IMG/VR virus record: IMGVR_UViG_3300045256_000426
Location: 1-56,040 of that record
Strand: one strand, 5' to 3'
DNA: 56,040 nt
Source of the DNA: a virus
Taxonomy: Duplodnaviria; Caudoviricetes
The position numbers and the translations under genes were made by a program. Positions 46,217 through 53,649 of the stretch are shown here, one piece after another. The notes below the pieces were generated by a model that saw only the letters and a list, made by a program, of their open reading frames with translations, had not been told where the DNA came from and made no database searches. Position 1 is the first letter of the stretch, and every line of letters starts with the position of its first letter.

Positions 46217-46615
46217 ATGAGTACTGAGCCCTCGAAGAACGTCTTCGCGATTAATCCGCCCCAGGATCTCTCTGAGACCAAGTACATCTTGTCCATCTAC
46301 CGTAGTGGTGGGGGTATGTTCGGTGGTAGCCGCCCGACGGTGGTTGCCGTCGACCGCCTGGAGCCCGTGTCTGGAAACGCAGGACAGCCTCACCTCGGCT
46401 ACCGGGGCTACAAGGGCGACAAGCTGGTCGTGGAGTTCCCCGCTTCGTATACATACCTCTTGGTTGCCTCGGAACTCGTAGAGGCCATTTCCTCTATCGA
46501 GCACGCGAAGCGCACCAAGGCCGAACACGAGGAGCTCGACAAGATTTTCGGTCCCTCGAAGGAGGAGGAGGGTCTCGGAGATCTCGAACTGACGCACCCC
46601 GGGAGGTACGTCTAG
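46217..46615 (+). CDS. Hypothetical protein
   Basis: AAAGGA SD before ATG at 46217. Confidence 0.65.
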   Translation: MSTEPSKNVFAINPPQDLSETKYILSIYRSGGGMFGGSRPTVVAVDRLEPVSGNAGQPHLGYRGYKGDKLVVEFPASYTYLLVASELVEAISSIEHAKRTKAEHEELDKIFGPSKEEEGLGDLELTHPGRYV

Positions 46616-46624
46616 GCTACCGCC

Positions 46625-46942
46625 ATGCCCTACATCCGGAAGGAAGAACGAGAAGATCTCGCCCACGTCGTTGAGCACCTGCGACAGATCGCGGAGACCG
46701 TAACCGTCGGGCAGCTGAACTACCTCATTACCTGTCTGATCGACGCGTACTGGAGTGGTGCCAAGCGCTACTACAACATCGCCATGATTACCGGCGTCCT
46801 GGAGAACGTGAAGCAGGAGTTCTATCGCCGAGTCGCCGCCGAGTATGAGGATGCGAGGAGGCGGGAGACTGGCGATGTCTACGGACAGCTCCTCGCCCAG
46901 GAAGAGGAAGAGGAGGGAGGGGATGAAGCTCCTGGGGGTTGA
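46625..46942 (+). CDS. Conserved phage helical protein (MPYI...GxLNYxIT...EFYRR...YED...GDVY type)
   Basis: Recognisable motif pattern; function unknown. Confidence 0.75.
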   Translation: MPYIRKEEREDLAHVVEHLRQIAETVTVGQLNYLITCLIDAYWSGAKRYYNIAMITGVLENVKQEFYRRVAAEYEDARRRETGDVYGQLLAQEEEEEGGDEAPGG

Positions 46943-47468
46943 TCCAGGGCTTCGCCACACCGGCCTCGCAATTCTCGACCGGGACAGCGGGAAGGTGCTG
47001 GATACCGAGCTCCTGCTGTTCCCGGGACGGGGCTACAAGTTCATTGGGACCTACCTCGAATGGATACTCCCTCGCGTCGCCGAGTACGTAGACGAGCACA
47101 AGCCACGCCTCGCTGCCGTCGAACAGGTAGGGTGGTACGGACGCCGACAGCGGATCACGATGCCCCTGTCGCACGTCGCCGGGGCCCTCGTCGGGCTACT
47201 GTGGGGCCGAGCGATTCCGGTGTATCTGCTCCCCGCCAACATGAAGCAAGGCCCCGACGTCGACAAGCGTCGCCCCCGCGGCGTCTCGGACCACGAGCAC
47301 GACGCCGTGCTCTTGGCGAGAAAAGTCCGAGCATGGTTACGTGCCGAATCTGCGGGGGACGCTTCTGGCCTACGCCGTCTCTCTGCGGTCGGATCACGGA
47401 GAATTTCGATAGTGCCGAGTGTGCCTTCCGCTCCTATGTCCAGCGATCCGATCGCGCGAAAGCGATAG
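46923..47468 (+). CDS. ruvC: RuvC-like Holliday junction resolvase
   Basis: LLGVDPGLRHTGLAIL, AAVEQ, DHEHDAV. Confidence 0.8.
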   Translation: MKLLGVDPGLRHTGLAILDRDSGKVLDTELLLFPGRGYKFIGTYLEWILPRVAEYVDEHKPRLAAVEQVGWYGRRQRITMPLSHVAGALVGLLWGRAIPVYLLPANMKQGPDVDKRRPRGVSDHEHDAVLLARKVRAWLRAESAGDASGLRRLSAVGSRRISIVPSVPSAPMSSDPIARKR

Positions 47469-47480
47469 ACGAGGCGCCCA

Positions 47481-47756
47481 ATGCCGAAGAAGACGTCGCC
47501 GCCGCCAGTACGTATTCGCCAAGTTACGCTCAATATCCCGTCCGGCCCGGGGTCGCTCTACGCGAAGCTTGCGAGCCTCCGACAGGAGTACCACAAGTCC
47601 CTCCGGCTCTGGGCCTCGGAGCATGATTTTCTGCTGTACGTCCTAGAGGTCGGTGCTCCACAGGTTGAGCGCCAGATGCGCCGCATCATTGCACCGTCGA
47701 TTATCGATCCCTCCGATGCCTCCGCCCCGAGATCCATCCTGGCTCCTAGCACGTAA
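47481..47756 (+). CDS. Hypothetical protein
   Basis: GAGG SD; 91 aa. Confidence 0.55.
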   Translation: MPKKTSPPPVRIRQVTLNIPSGPGSLYAKLASLRQEYHKSLRLWASEHDFLLYVLEVGAPQVERQMRRIIAPSIIDPSDASAPRSILAPST

Positions 47757-48021
47757 CCCTCCCCACGCCCCCGAAGACCCCAAGGGAGAACCCGCTCTGT
47801 GGTGGGCGGTGTTACGGCAGTCTGCCCATGATCTGCGGTTCGGCCACGAAAGCCACGCGATAGACGCGCTGGAGTTTCTTAGAGATACGGGGCAGTGGTT
47901 GGCCTCGGAGTTTTTCGGGGTGGAGCGCGACGCCTACCAGCGGGAAGTAGCGGCGCTGGTGTTCCGTCGGAATCGGGAAACTGGAAAGCCCCTCCCCATT
48001 CCCCAACGAGGTACCCCATGA
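47716..48021 (+). CDS. Conserved-looking phage hypothetical protein
   Basis: EPALWWAVLRQSAHDL pattern. Confidence 0.6.
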   Translation: MPPPRDPSWLLARNPPHAPEDPKGEPALWWAVLRQSAHDLRFGHESHAIDALEFLRDTGQWLASEFFGVERDAYQREVAALVFRRNRETGKPLPIPQRGTP

Positions 48022-48395
48022 AGTCTCCCGTCTGGAGTGGAGACTGGCCCATCCCCAAGACGATTCGGTTGCCCGGGCTGCGGCTCCGCATAAAGGTGTT
48101 GTCCCCCGAGGAAGCGGAGGAACGGGGATGTACGTACGGGATCTGGTCGTACGGTACCCCGAACTCCGAACATCCGTACGCGACGATCTTCCTGAACGGA
48201 GCACTCCCTCTCGCGGTCCAACGGTATACCATTTGGCACGAGCTCATACACGCGGTCAACGACGGGCTCGACCAGATGATCGAGAAGTTCCCGGAGCATG
48301 TCCAAACCCACAGCATGGCAACCCTCGCGGCACTCCGACTAGAAGAAGTGAAGGAGGCCGCGAAGGAGGAGAAGGAGGAGAATGGCCTAGGATGA
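48018..48395 (+). CDS. HExxH metallopeptidase-like protein (ImmA/IrrE-like)
   Basis: IFLN...QRYTIWHELIHA. Confidence 0.7.
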   Translation: MKSPVWSGDWPIPKTIRLPGLRLRIKVLSPEEAEERGCTYGIWSYGTPNSEHPYATIFLNGALPLAVQRYTIWHELIHAVNDGLDQMIEKFPEHVQTHSMATLAALRLEEVKEAAKEEKEENGLG

Positions 48396-48419
48396 AAGTA
48401 CCGTTTTTCCGGCCTCTGC
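48374..48419 (+). repeat. 46-bp direct repeat, copy 1 (copy 2 at 48975-49020)
   Basis: 44 of 46 bases identical; covers SD plus codons for MKVPFFRPL. Confidence 0.9.
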
Positions 48420-48922
48420 GAAGGTTCAAATTCTTTAACAGAGCGATGCGGCTGCCATTCGATATGGCTGTCGCGCCAACGGTCGCTACGGGAGATGCTC
48501 GGGGTGCGGTGGCGAGTATGCCTAGGGTCCAGGGACCGAAGACGGTCTATCTCGCCGGAGGACACCGAAACCCGTGGCGGCAGCGCGTAGTCGCTGAGGT
48601 AACGGCGTTTCGATATCGTGATCCCAGCGCTCATGGAATCAAGGAAGCCAGAGCCTATACAGCTTGGGATCTTGAAGCAGTGAAGAGCAGCGACATTCTG
48701 TTTGCGTATTTCGAAGCCGGCAATCCGAGCGGTTACGGTTTAGCGCTCGAGGTCGGGTACGCAGCCGCTCTGGGGAAGCATATCATCTTTGTCGACGAGA
48801 AGTCAGAGGCCGAACCCAGCGTTGGACGCTACCTGAACATCGTCAAAGAGACTTCGGACGTCCACTTCAAAACGTTGGAAGAGGGGATTGACTACCTGCG
48901 CCGCCTCGCGTCTCTGGTGTAA
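48392..48922 (+). CDS. Second nucleoside 2-deoxyribosyltransferase-like protein (alternative start ATG 48518)
   Basis: TVYLAGG, WRQ, DP, WDLEAVKSSD, SGYGLALEVGYAAALGK. Confidence 0.8.
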   Translation: MKVPFFRPLRRFKFFNRAMRLPFDMAVAPTVATGDARGAVASMPRVQGPKTVYLAGGHRNPWRQRVVAEVTAFRYRDPSAHGIKEARAYTAWDLEAVKSSDILFAYFEAGNPSGYGLALEVGYAAALGKHIIFVDEKSEAEPSVGRYLNIVKETSDVHFKTLEEGIDYLRRLASLV

Positions 48923-48974
48923 TGGCGCGGTGGCCCTCTATGCAACGCGGAGTTGGCCCGTCTGCTCGGTTTGC

Positions 48975-49020
48975 GGAGGAGAATAGCCTAGGATGAAAGT
49001 ACCGTTTTTCCGACCTCTGC
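48975..49020 (+). repeat. 46-bp direct repeat, copy 2
   Basis: See 48374-48419. Confidence 0.9.
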
Positions 49021-49268
49021 TCTGTACGTTGCTCGCGTTTACCGCGTACGTCACCGTCGCCACGGAGAAGGAAGGCAATGGCTACGCCGGGGCGTACGTC
49101 ACACCCGATCCGAATGATTGCGCCGCGGTGTCCCGGGTTGCGGCCCAGCAGAATCCCGACCTCGTGATCTACGAGTGCCAGAAGGTCGAGTTCAAGAAGG
49201 CCGTCAATCCCCATCCCAATCCCTTCCTCCCTTCCTCGGGAGAAGGAGCGGGGACAGAAAGCAGATAG
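48993..49268 (+). CDS. Small exported protein with two Cys
   Basis: Signal-like N-terminus; C...C pair. Confidence 0.6.
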   Translation: MKVPFFRPLLCTLLAFTAYVTVATEKEGNGYAGAYVTPDPNDCAAVSRVAAQQNPDLVIYECQKVEFKKAVNPHPNPFLPSSGEGAGTESR

Positions 49269-49281
49269 GGGAGGCGAAGCC

Positions 49282-49332
49282 AAAAACACGAAGGCCCCGG
49301 CAGCGAAAGCTGCACGGGGCCTTTTTGTGTTT
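49282..49332. terminator. Bidirectional intrinsic terminator between the convergent arms
   Basis: AAAAACAC-GAAGGCCCCG-GCAGC-GAAA-GCTGC-A-CGGGGCCTT-TTTGTGTTT. Confidence 0.85.
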
Positions 49333-49363
49333 CGGGACGGAGGGAGTGGGCGGGGCGGGCGGG

Positions 49364-49786
49364 CTAGTTGCCGGCCTTTGCCTCTTCGGTCTTCTGCCAA
49401 CCGCGAGTGAACGCGGCGGCGCCCAGGATCACCAGCAGTGCTTCCCAGACGCGATCCGGGATCGGGAGGGCAACCACCCCGAACTTCGCGAAATACGGCA
49501 GCGCAATGTAGTTATTGATGATCACCGCCGCGAAGGTGAACCCGATGGTTGGACGCCAAGACCACTGAGGCCAATGTTCGCTCTTGGCCTCTTCCCGCAT
49601 CGTGGCGTTGACGCTCTCGATAAGCTTCGCCGCCGCGTCATCCTTCTCGGCGTCCGCCTGGAGCAACGCCAGTCGGAACTGGAGTTCGATCTTGGCCTTC
49701 TCTTCCTCGCTCATCTTCTCCGGCAACACCCGCTTGAGGATGTTGCTCGCGAGGTCCGCGAGAGGACCGACCAGAAGGTTCCACAT
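49364..49786 (-). CDS. Holin (3TM / GTA-type holin family)
   Basis: NATMREEAKSEHWPQWSWRPTIGF...RGWQK; two C-terminal TM helices. Confidence 0.8.
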   Translation of the reverse strand: MWNLLVGPLADLASNILKRVLPEKMSEEEKAKIELQFRLALLQADAEKDDAAAKLIESVNATMREEAKSEHWPQWSWRPTIGFTFAAVIINNYIALPYFAKFGVVALPIPDRVWEALLVILGAAAFTRGWQKTEEAKAGN

Positions 49787-49792
49787 CGGGGG

Positions 49793-49927
49793 CTACGCCT
49801 TTTTCACGGCGTCTACGGCAGCCTTGGCTTTGCCTTCGACCTTCCGGCCGTACTTGTATCCGAGGTAGCCGCCCAGACCGAGACAGAGGATGGCTTCAAG
49901 GAGGACGTAGGTAAAATGGGGGGTCAT
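49793..49927 (-). CDS. Small membrane protein of the lysis module
   Basis: AAAGGA SD; ATGA overlap; one TM helix plus basic tail. Confidence 0.6.
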   Translation of the reverse strand: MTPHFTYVLLEAILCLGLGGYLGYKYGRKVEGKAKAAVDAVKKA

Positions 49928-50340
49928 GGTTCTGGTTTCCTTTCGATCGTGAGGGGGATGGGATACGTTAACCGCGCCATCAACGTGGTGAGGGCGCTGC
50001 GAGACCGGAGGATGCTTCCGTCCTGCATCCGCTCCTCGCCTACGGCGATACAGCCTTCGAGTTGCGTAGCGAAGTTCGCCGCGTGTATGCGGATGCCCGT
50101 GCGCCCCGGTACGATAATAAGGGGGAGGCGGTGCTCCTTGTCGGGGGACCAAAGGGTCCCAGCGACAACACGTGGCGAGACCGTGAGCTCGACGGTGTAC
50201 GTGCCCACGGGGATGGCGGGATGTTCTGGATCGTGTTCTGCGCGTTCCAGCGTGTAGCAGAACCGTTCCTCGTTGATATACAGGACGCCCTGCGTCCATT
50301 CCGGGGTGAGCCTGTCGCGGACGACGAGGAGGTGGTGCAT
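49924..50340 (-). CDS. Putative endolysin, DUF5675 (YkuD/L,D-transpeptidase-like)
   Basis: CYTLE, AIPVGTY, VPGRTGIRIHAAN, EGCIAVG. Confidence 0.8.
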   Translation of the reverse strand: MHHLLVVRDRLTPEWTQGVLYINEERFCYTLERAEHDPEHPAIPVGTYTVELTVSPRVVAGTLWSPDKEHRLPLIIVPGRTGIRIHAANFATQLEGCIAVGEERMQDGSILRSRSALTTLMARLTYPIPLTIERKPEP

Positions 50341-50344
50341 CGTG

Positions 50345-50971
50345 CTAGTGCGCCGGCGTCGGCGTCGGTACCGGAATCGCGCGGAGGCGCCCGGCAGAGG
50401 GTACCCACAGATCGCCCGCCGCGAAGGAGGAGAGCTGGATATTGCCTTGTACTCCACCTGTATCCATGTAGGCTGCTACACCCACGCGGCCAGACGTATA
50501 GGTCGTGTCCGTAACCTGAAGGATCTGGGTTTTCGTACCACTTCGGATCTGGTAGACGGTGAGGACAGAGCCTACCATCGTTGCGTACAGGATGTCGCCC
50601 GCCTGCCAGGTCGTTGTCGCCGTTGCAATGGTGGTATTCGCTCCAGCGGCAAACCGATCAACGTTCGTCGCCGCGGGGTTGATCTGGCCGGTAATTCGAT
50701 AGCCGTTGTCCGTCGCTCCGGAGGCGTACCGTAGAAGGACCCCACCGTACGCAAGGGCTGTTCCGGAAATCGTCGATAGTGTAATCTGTGCCCATTGGTC
50801 GGCGGGGATGGTTGCGACGTGGGTCTCCCGCTTGCTTGATGCGATCGAGGTCACTTGCAGAGTGTGACTAACGACCTGGAGCGGGCGTCCGATACTGTTA
50901 TCCCAGTTCCCACCGCTGCTGAGGGGATTTTCGTCGGCCTGGGGGAAGGTGTCGAGGATCGTTACCGGCAT
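50345..50971 (-). CDS. Beta-sandwich (lectin-like) virion protein
   Basis: DTF..ADENPL, ADQWAQIT, VTDTTYTSGRVG. Confidence 0.6.
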   Translation of the reverse strand: MPVTILDTFPQADENPLSSGGNWDNSIGRPLQVVSHTLQVTSIASSKRETHVATIPADQWAQITLSTISGTALAYGGVLLRYASGATDNGYRITGQINPAATNVDRFAAGANTTIATATTTWQAGDILYATMVGSVLTVYQIRSGTKTQILQVTDTTYTSGRVGVAAYMDTGGVQGNIQLSSFAAGDLWVPSAGRLRAIPVPTPTPAH

Positions 50972-50984
50972 ACGGCGTGCGCTT

Positions 50985-51395
50985 TTATCGGATGCGCGTG
51001 GCGATCAGCTGGGCGATGTAGACGGTAGAGGCGGAGGCGTTGCCGATCGCCTGAACGTCGATCGCCTGGGCACCGTTGACGGTGAGAATGAACGTGCCGC
51101 AGTTAACAACGACGTTCGCGGCGGCAACGGTCGGGAGGGTCGCGATGTTGGTCCCATCGACCCGCAGCCGCATATTCGCGTTGTCGGCCGCGGCTGGCGT
51201 ACCGCCAAGGCCTAATCCCGCGCTAACCTGCACACTGTACGTGCCGGCGGCGGGGGTGAGGGTCGCGACAACGGTACCCGCTGTTGGAGCGGCGGCTGTG
51301 GACGTGACGCCGGTACTATCGGCGAGGAACTGGGTGACGGGATGGATATTGGCGGATCCCGTTGGTACGATCGCGATCGGTGCCGTGTAAGCCAT
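50985..51395 (-). CDS. Virion structural protein
   Basis: Ala/Thr/Val-rich beta ORF in the tail-fibre region. Confidence 0.6.
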   Translation of the reverse strand: MAYTAPIAIVPTGSANIHPVTQFLADSTGVTSTAAAPTAGTVVATLTPAAGTYSVQVSAGLGLGGTPAAADNANMRLRVDGTNIATLPTVAAANVVVNCGTFILTVNGAQAIDVQAIGNASASTVYIAQLIATRIR

Positions 51396-51429
51396 GGAAG
51401 AACGTCCTTAGGGGAAGGGGGGAGGTAGG

Positions 51430-51690
51430 TTAGTGTCCTCGAAGGGGATAGAGCATAGCCATCGCCCAGCCCGCCGCGAACGAGGCCAGGGCTGCTACGA
51501 ACCGCCAGAACCGTAGGGCACCGCGGGCTCGCGTCTGGGACTCTGCCCACGCCTCTAGCTTGCGGTCTAGGCCGGAGATCTCCATGAAGATTCTCCGCTG
51601 ACCCTCTTCGACGTCCTGGGCACGATCCGAGATCGGACTCGGGCTCGGGCTCTTTGTGGAACTCGACGGTCGCTGTGCGCGTGCGTTCAC
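51430..51690 (-). CDS. Coiled coil plus C-terminal TM protein (holin/chaperone-like)
   Basis: GGAG SD, GTG start, C-terminal TM helix. Confidence 0.55.
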   Translation of the reverse strand: MNARAQRPSSSTKSPSPSPISDRAQDVEEGQRRIFMEISGLDRKLEAWAESQTRARGALRFWRFVAALASFAAGWAMAMLYPLRGH

Positions 51691-51711
51691 GATGCTGCTC
51701 CTAGCGCGTCA

Positions 51712-53628
51712 TTACCAGGTCCAGGTCGGAGTAAACACGGTCGCGGTCCCCGTGCTGGTGAAGACGTAGAGCCCGCCATACTCCGAGACGATGCGTCCCG
51801 CATACGCACTGGTGTTCGCGGCTGCCACGAAGGCTGTCGTGCCGCCATCAAAGTTGCTGGCGCTCTTCATGTAACCCTCGGGAACGCCAGCTACCGTGAC
51901 GCTCGCGGCTACGCTGCAAAACCCGGCGACGTCGATGAGGACCCGCAGGCCGTGCGGGAACAGAATGGTCGAGTCGCGAATGACCGGAGTCGTGACCGTG
52001 AAGCCCTCAAATCCCGTGCCGCCACCTCCGGTCGAACGAACGAGCCAGGACGCAGTCCGGTCGGTGTAGGCCATGCCATCGAACCTGAACGGCGAAGAGG
52101 GGTTTGTGTAGAAGAACCCGAGAAGACAAAACTGGTCGTACCCGGACGGCATCGTCACGGCGGTATCGTTCTGCGTAGTGTAGATCTTGAACGCCATGTC
52201 GTTCGTGGTATTGGTCCACGTCGTGCCATCGAAAGAAGCTGGTGACCCATTGGGGTAGGAATTGGCGGTGTCTCGGTACCACAGGATGTTATTCGCGCCT
52301 ATCGCGTAGTCGCCCTGGAGCACGAGCCAATAGGTCACGCCGGCGGTCACGGTCGTCGGTGTACGAAAGACTGCGCGGAAATTAAAGTCGGGCGGGGCGG
52401 CGGTCTGGAGCGCGTCGATTGTTGCCTTGTCGGACGTCGCCAGGGGAATGCCGCTCGGGGCGCCCGAGTTATCAGCCTCGATCGTGAACCAAATTCTCCC
52501 CGATGGCGTACCGATACGTTGGAGCGGCACGTCCACGACTTCGACCTTACCGGTCGTCACGACTTTGAAGCTCTGAGCGAGTTTCGTACGGGCCGTAGCG
52601 TCGCGAAGCGCAGTCGTAGCGGTTCCACTCATCTGTGCCTGATCGAGAACGTAGTTCTTGCGTCGATGCAGGAGCAGAGCCTTGGTTCCGTCGCTCTTCT
52701 TACGAATTGCATAGGTCTCGTACCAGGTATTGCCGACCACGCTGCCGGTATCGAGTCCGCCCGCGCCGGTTACGCTGGAGTCTGCGACGAGCTGGTCCCA
52801 TCCTGTCGTAACCTCGCCGTCGTTCATGACGATTTGGTCGGCGTGGACGAGCATGATCTTGGTCGTCGTGCCGGCGCCGTTGCCCGTTTCGTCGGGGTGC
52901 GTACGGAGCTGGAGACCCTGGAAGGTCTGTGGTGCTCCAACCTGCACATAGGCGAGACCAGGCGTCGCGGTCGAACGTGCGACGAGCGCTTGCCCGTCTG
53001 CACCGGCCGGAAGCCGAACAACCGAGCTGGCACCTCCACCAGGGAACAGATCTCCCTTGGCCGTGGGATCGATCCCGATTGCGCTCCGGATTCCAGATAC
53101 CGTCGTCGCTCCGGTGCCACCATCTGCGATTGCGATCGGGACGGGCGCCCATACCGGAGCCGCGCTATTGACCCCATTGCCGGTCTGCTGAAGGAACGCC
53201 TTGGTAGTGCTCGTATTCCCAGGAAGCCTCGTTGGCGTCCCGTTGGCCCCTCCGTAGATGAGGTCGCCGAGGGTCGTCATGGGATTGGGGAAAAACGCAG
53301 CCCACGACGTCCCATTATCGATGCGGAAGGTGCTGTCGTCGGTCGTGAAGCAGATGCGGCCCTTTGTCCCTGCCGGTGGTAGCTGGGCTACGGTGAAGCG
53401 GGGAATGACGAAGGTAACGGTTTCGTTGTCCGTTCCCTGGACCGTTAGCTTGGCAGTAGCGGGATCCCAAACCAGGATATCCTTCGTGAGGCTCGGATTG
53501 TTCGGGTTCGATACCCAAACGACCCGCCCGTCGTTTAGACGCGTGATGGCGTGGTCCAGGGTATTCGCGAAGGTAATCGCGGACAGAACGTCGAAGCCGT
53601 TCGGGAAGTAGTTCGAGCTAATCGCCAT
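51712..53628 (-). CDS. Tail fibre / receptor-binding protein
   Basis: NPMTTLGDLIYGG...RLPG and AKGDL...RLPAGADGQAL repeats, IADGGTGAT, LDTGS...NTWYETY, MPSGY. Confidence 0.85.
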   Translation of the reverse strand: MAISSNYFPNGFDVLSAITFANTLDHAITRLNDGRVVWVSNPNNPSLTKDILVWDPATAKLTVQGTDNETVTFVIPRFTVAQLPPAGTKGRICFTTDDSTFRIDNGTSWAAFFPNPMTTLGDLIYGGANGTPTRLPGNTSTTKAFLQQTGNGVNSAAPVWAPVPIAIADGGTGATTVSGIRSAIGIDPTAKGDLFPGGGASSVVRLPAGADGQALVARSTATPGLAYVQVGAPQTFQGLQLRTHPDETGNGAGTTTKIMLVHADQIVMNDGEVTTGWDQLVADSSVTGAGGLDTGSVVGNTWYETYAIRKKSDGTKALLLHRRKNYVLDQAQMSGTATTALRDATARTKLAQSFKVVTTGKVEVVDVPLQRIGTPSGRIWFTIEADNSGAPSGIPLATSDKATIDALQTAAPPDFNFRAVFRTPTTVTAGVTYWLVLQGDYAIGANNILWYRDTANSYPNGSPASFDGTTWTNTTNDMAFKIYTTQNDTAVTMPSGYDQFCLLGFFYTNPSSPFRFDGMAYTDRTASWLVRSTGGGGTGFEGFTVTTPVIRDSTILFPHGLRVLIDVAGFCSVAASVTVAGVPEGYMKSASNFDGGTTAFVAAANTSAYAGRIVSEYGGLYVFTSTGTATVFTPTWTW

Positions 53629-53649
53629 GAGGCTTGGGTTCCGTTCGTT

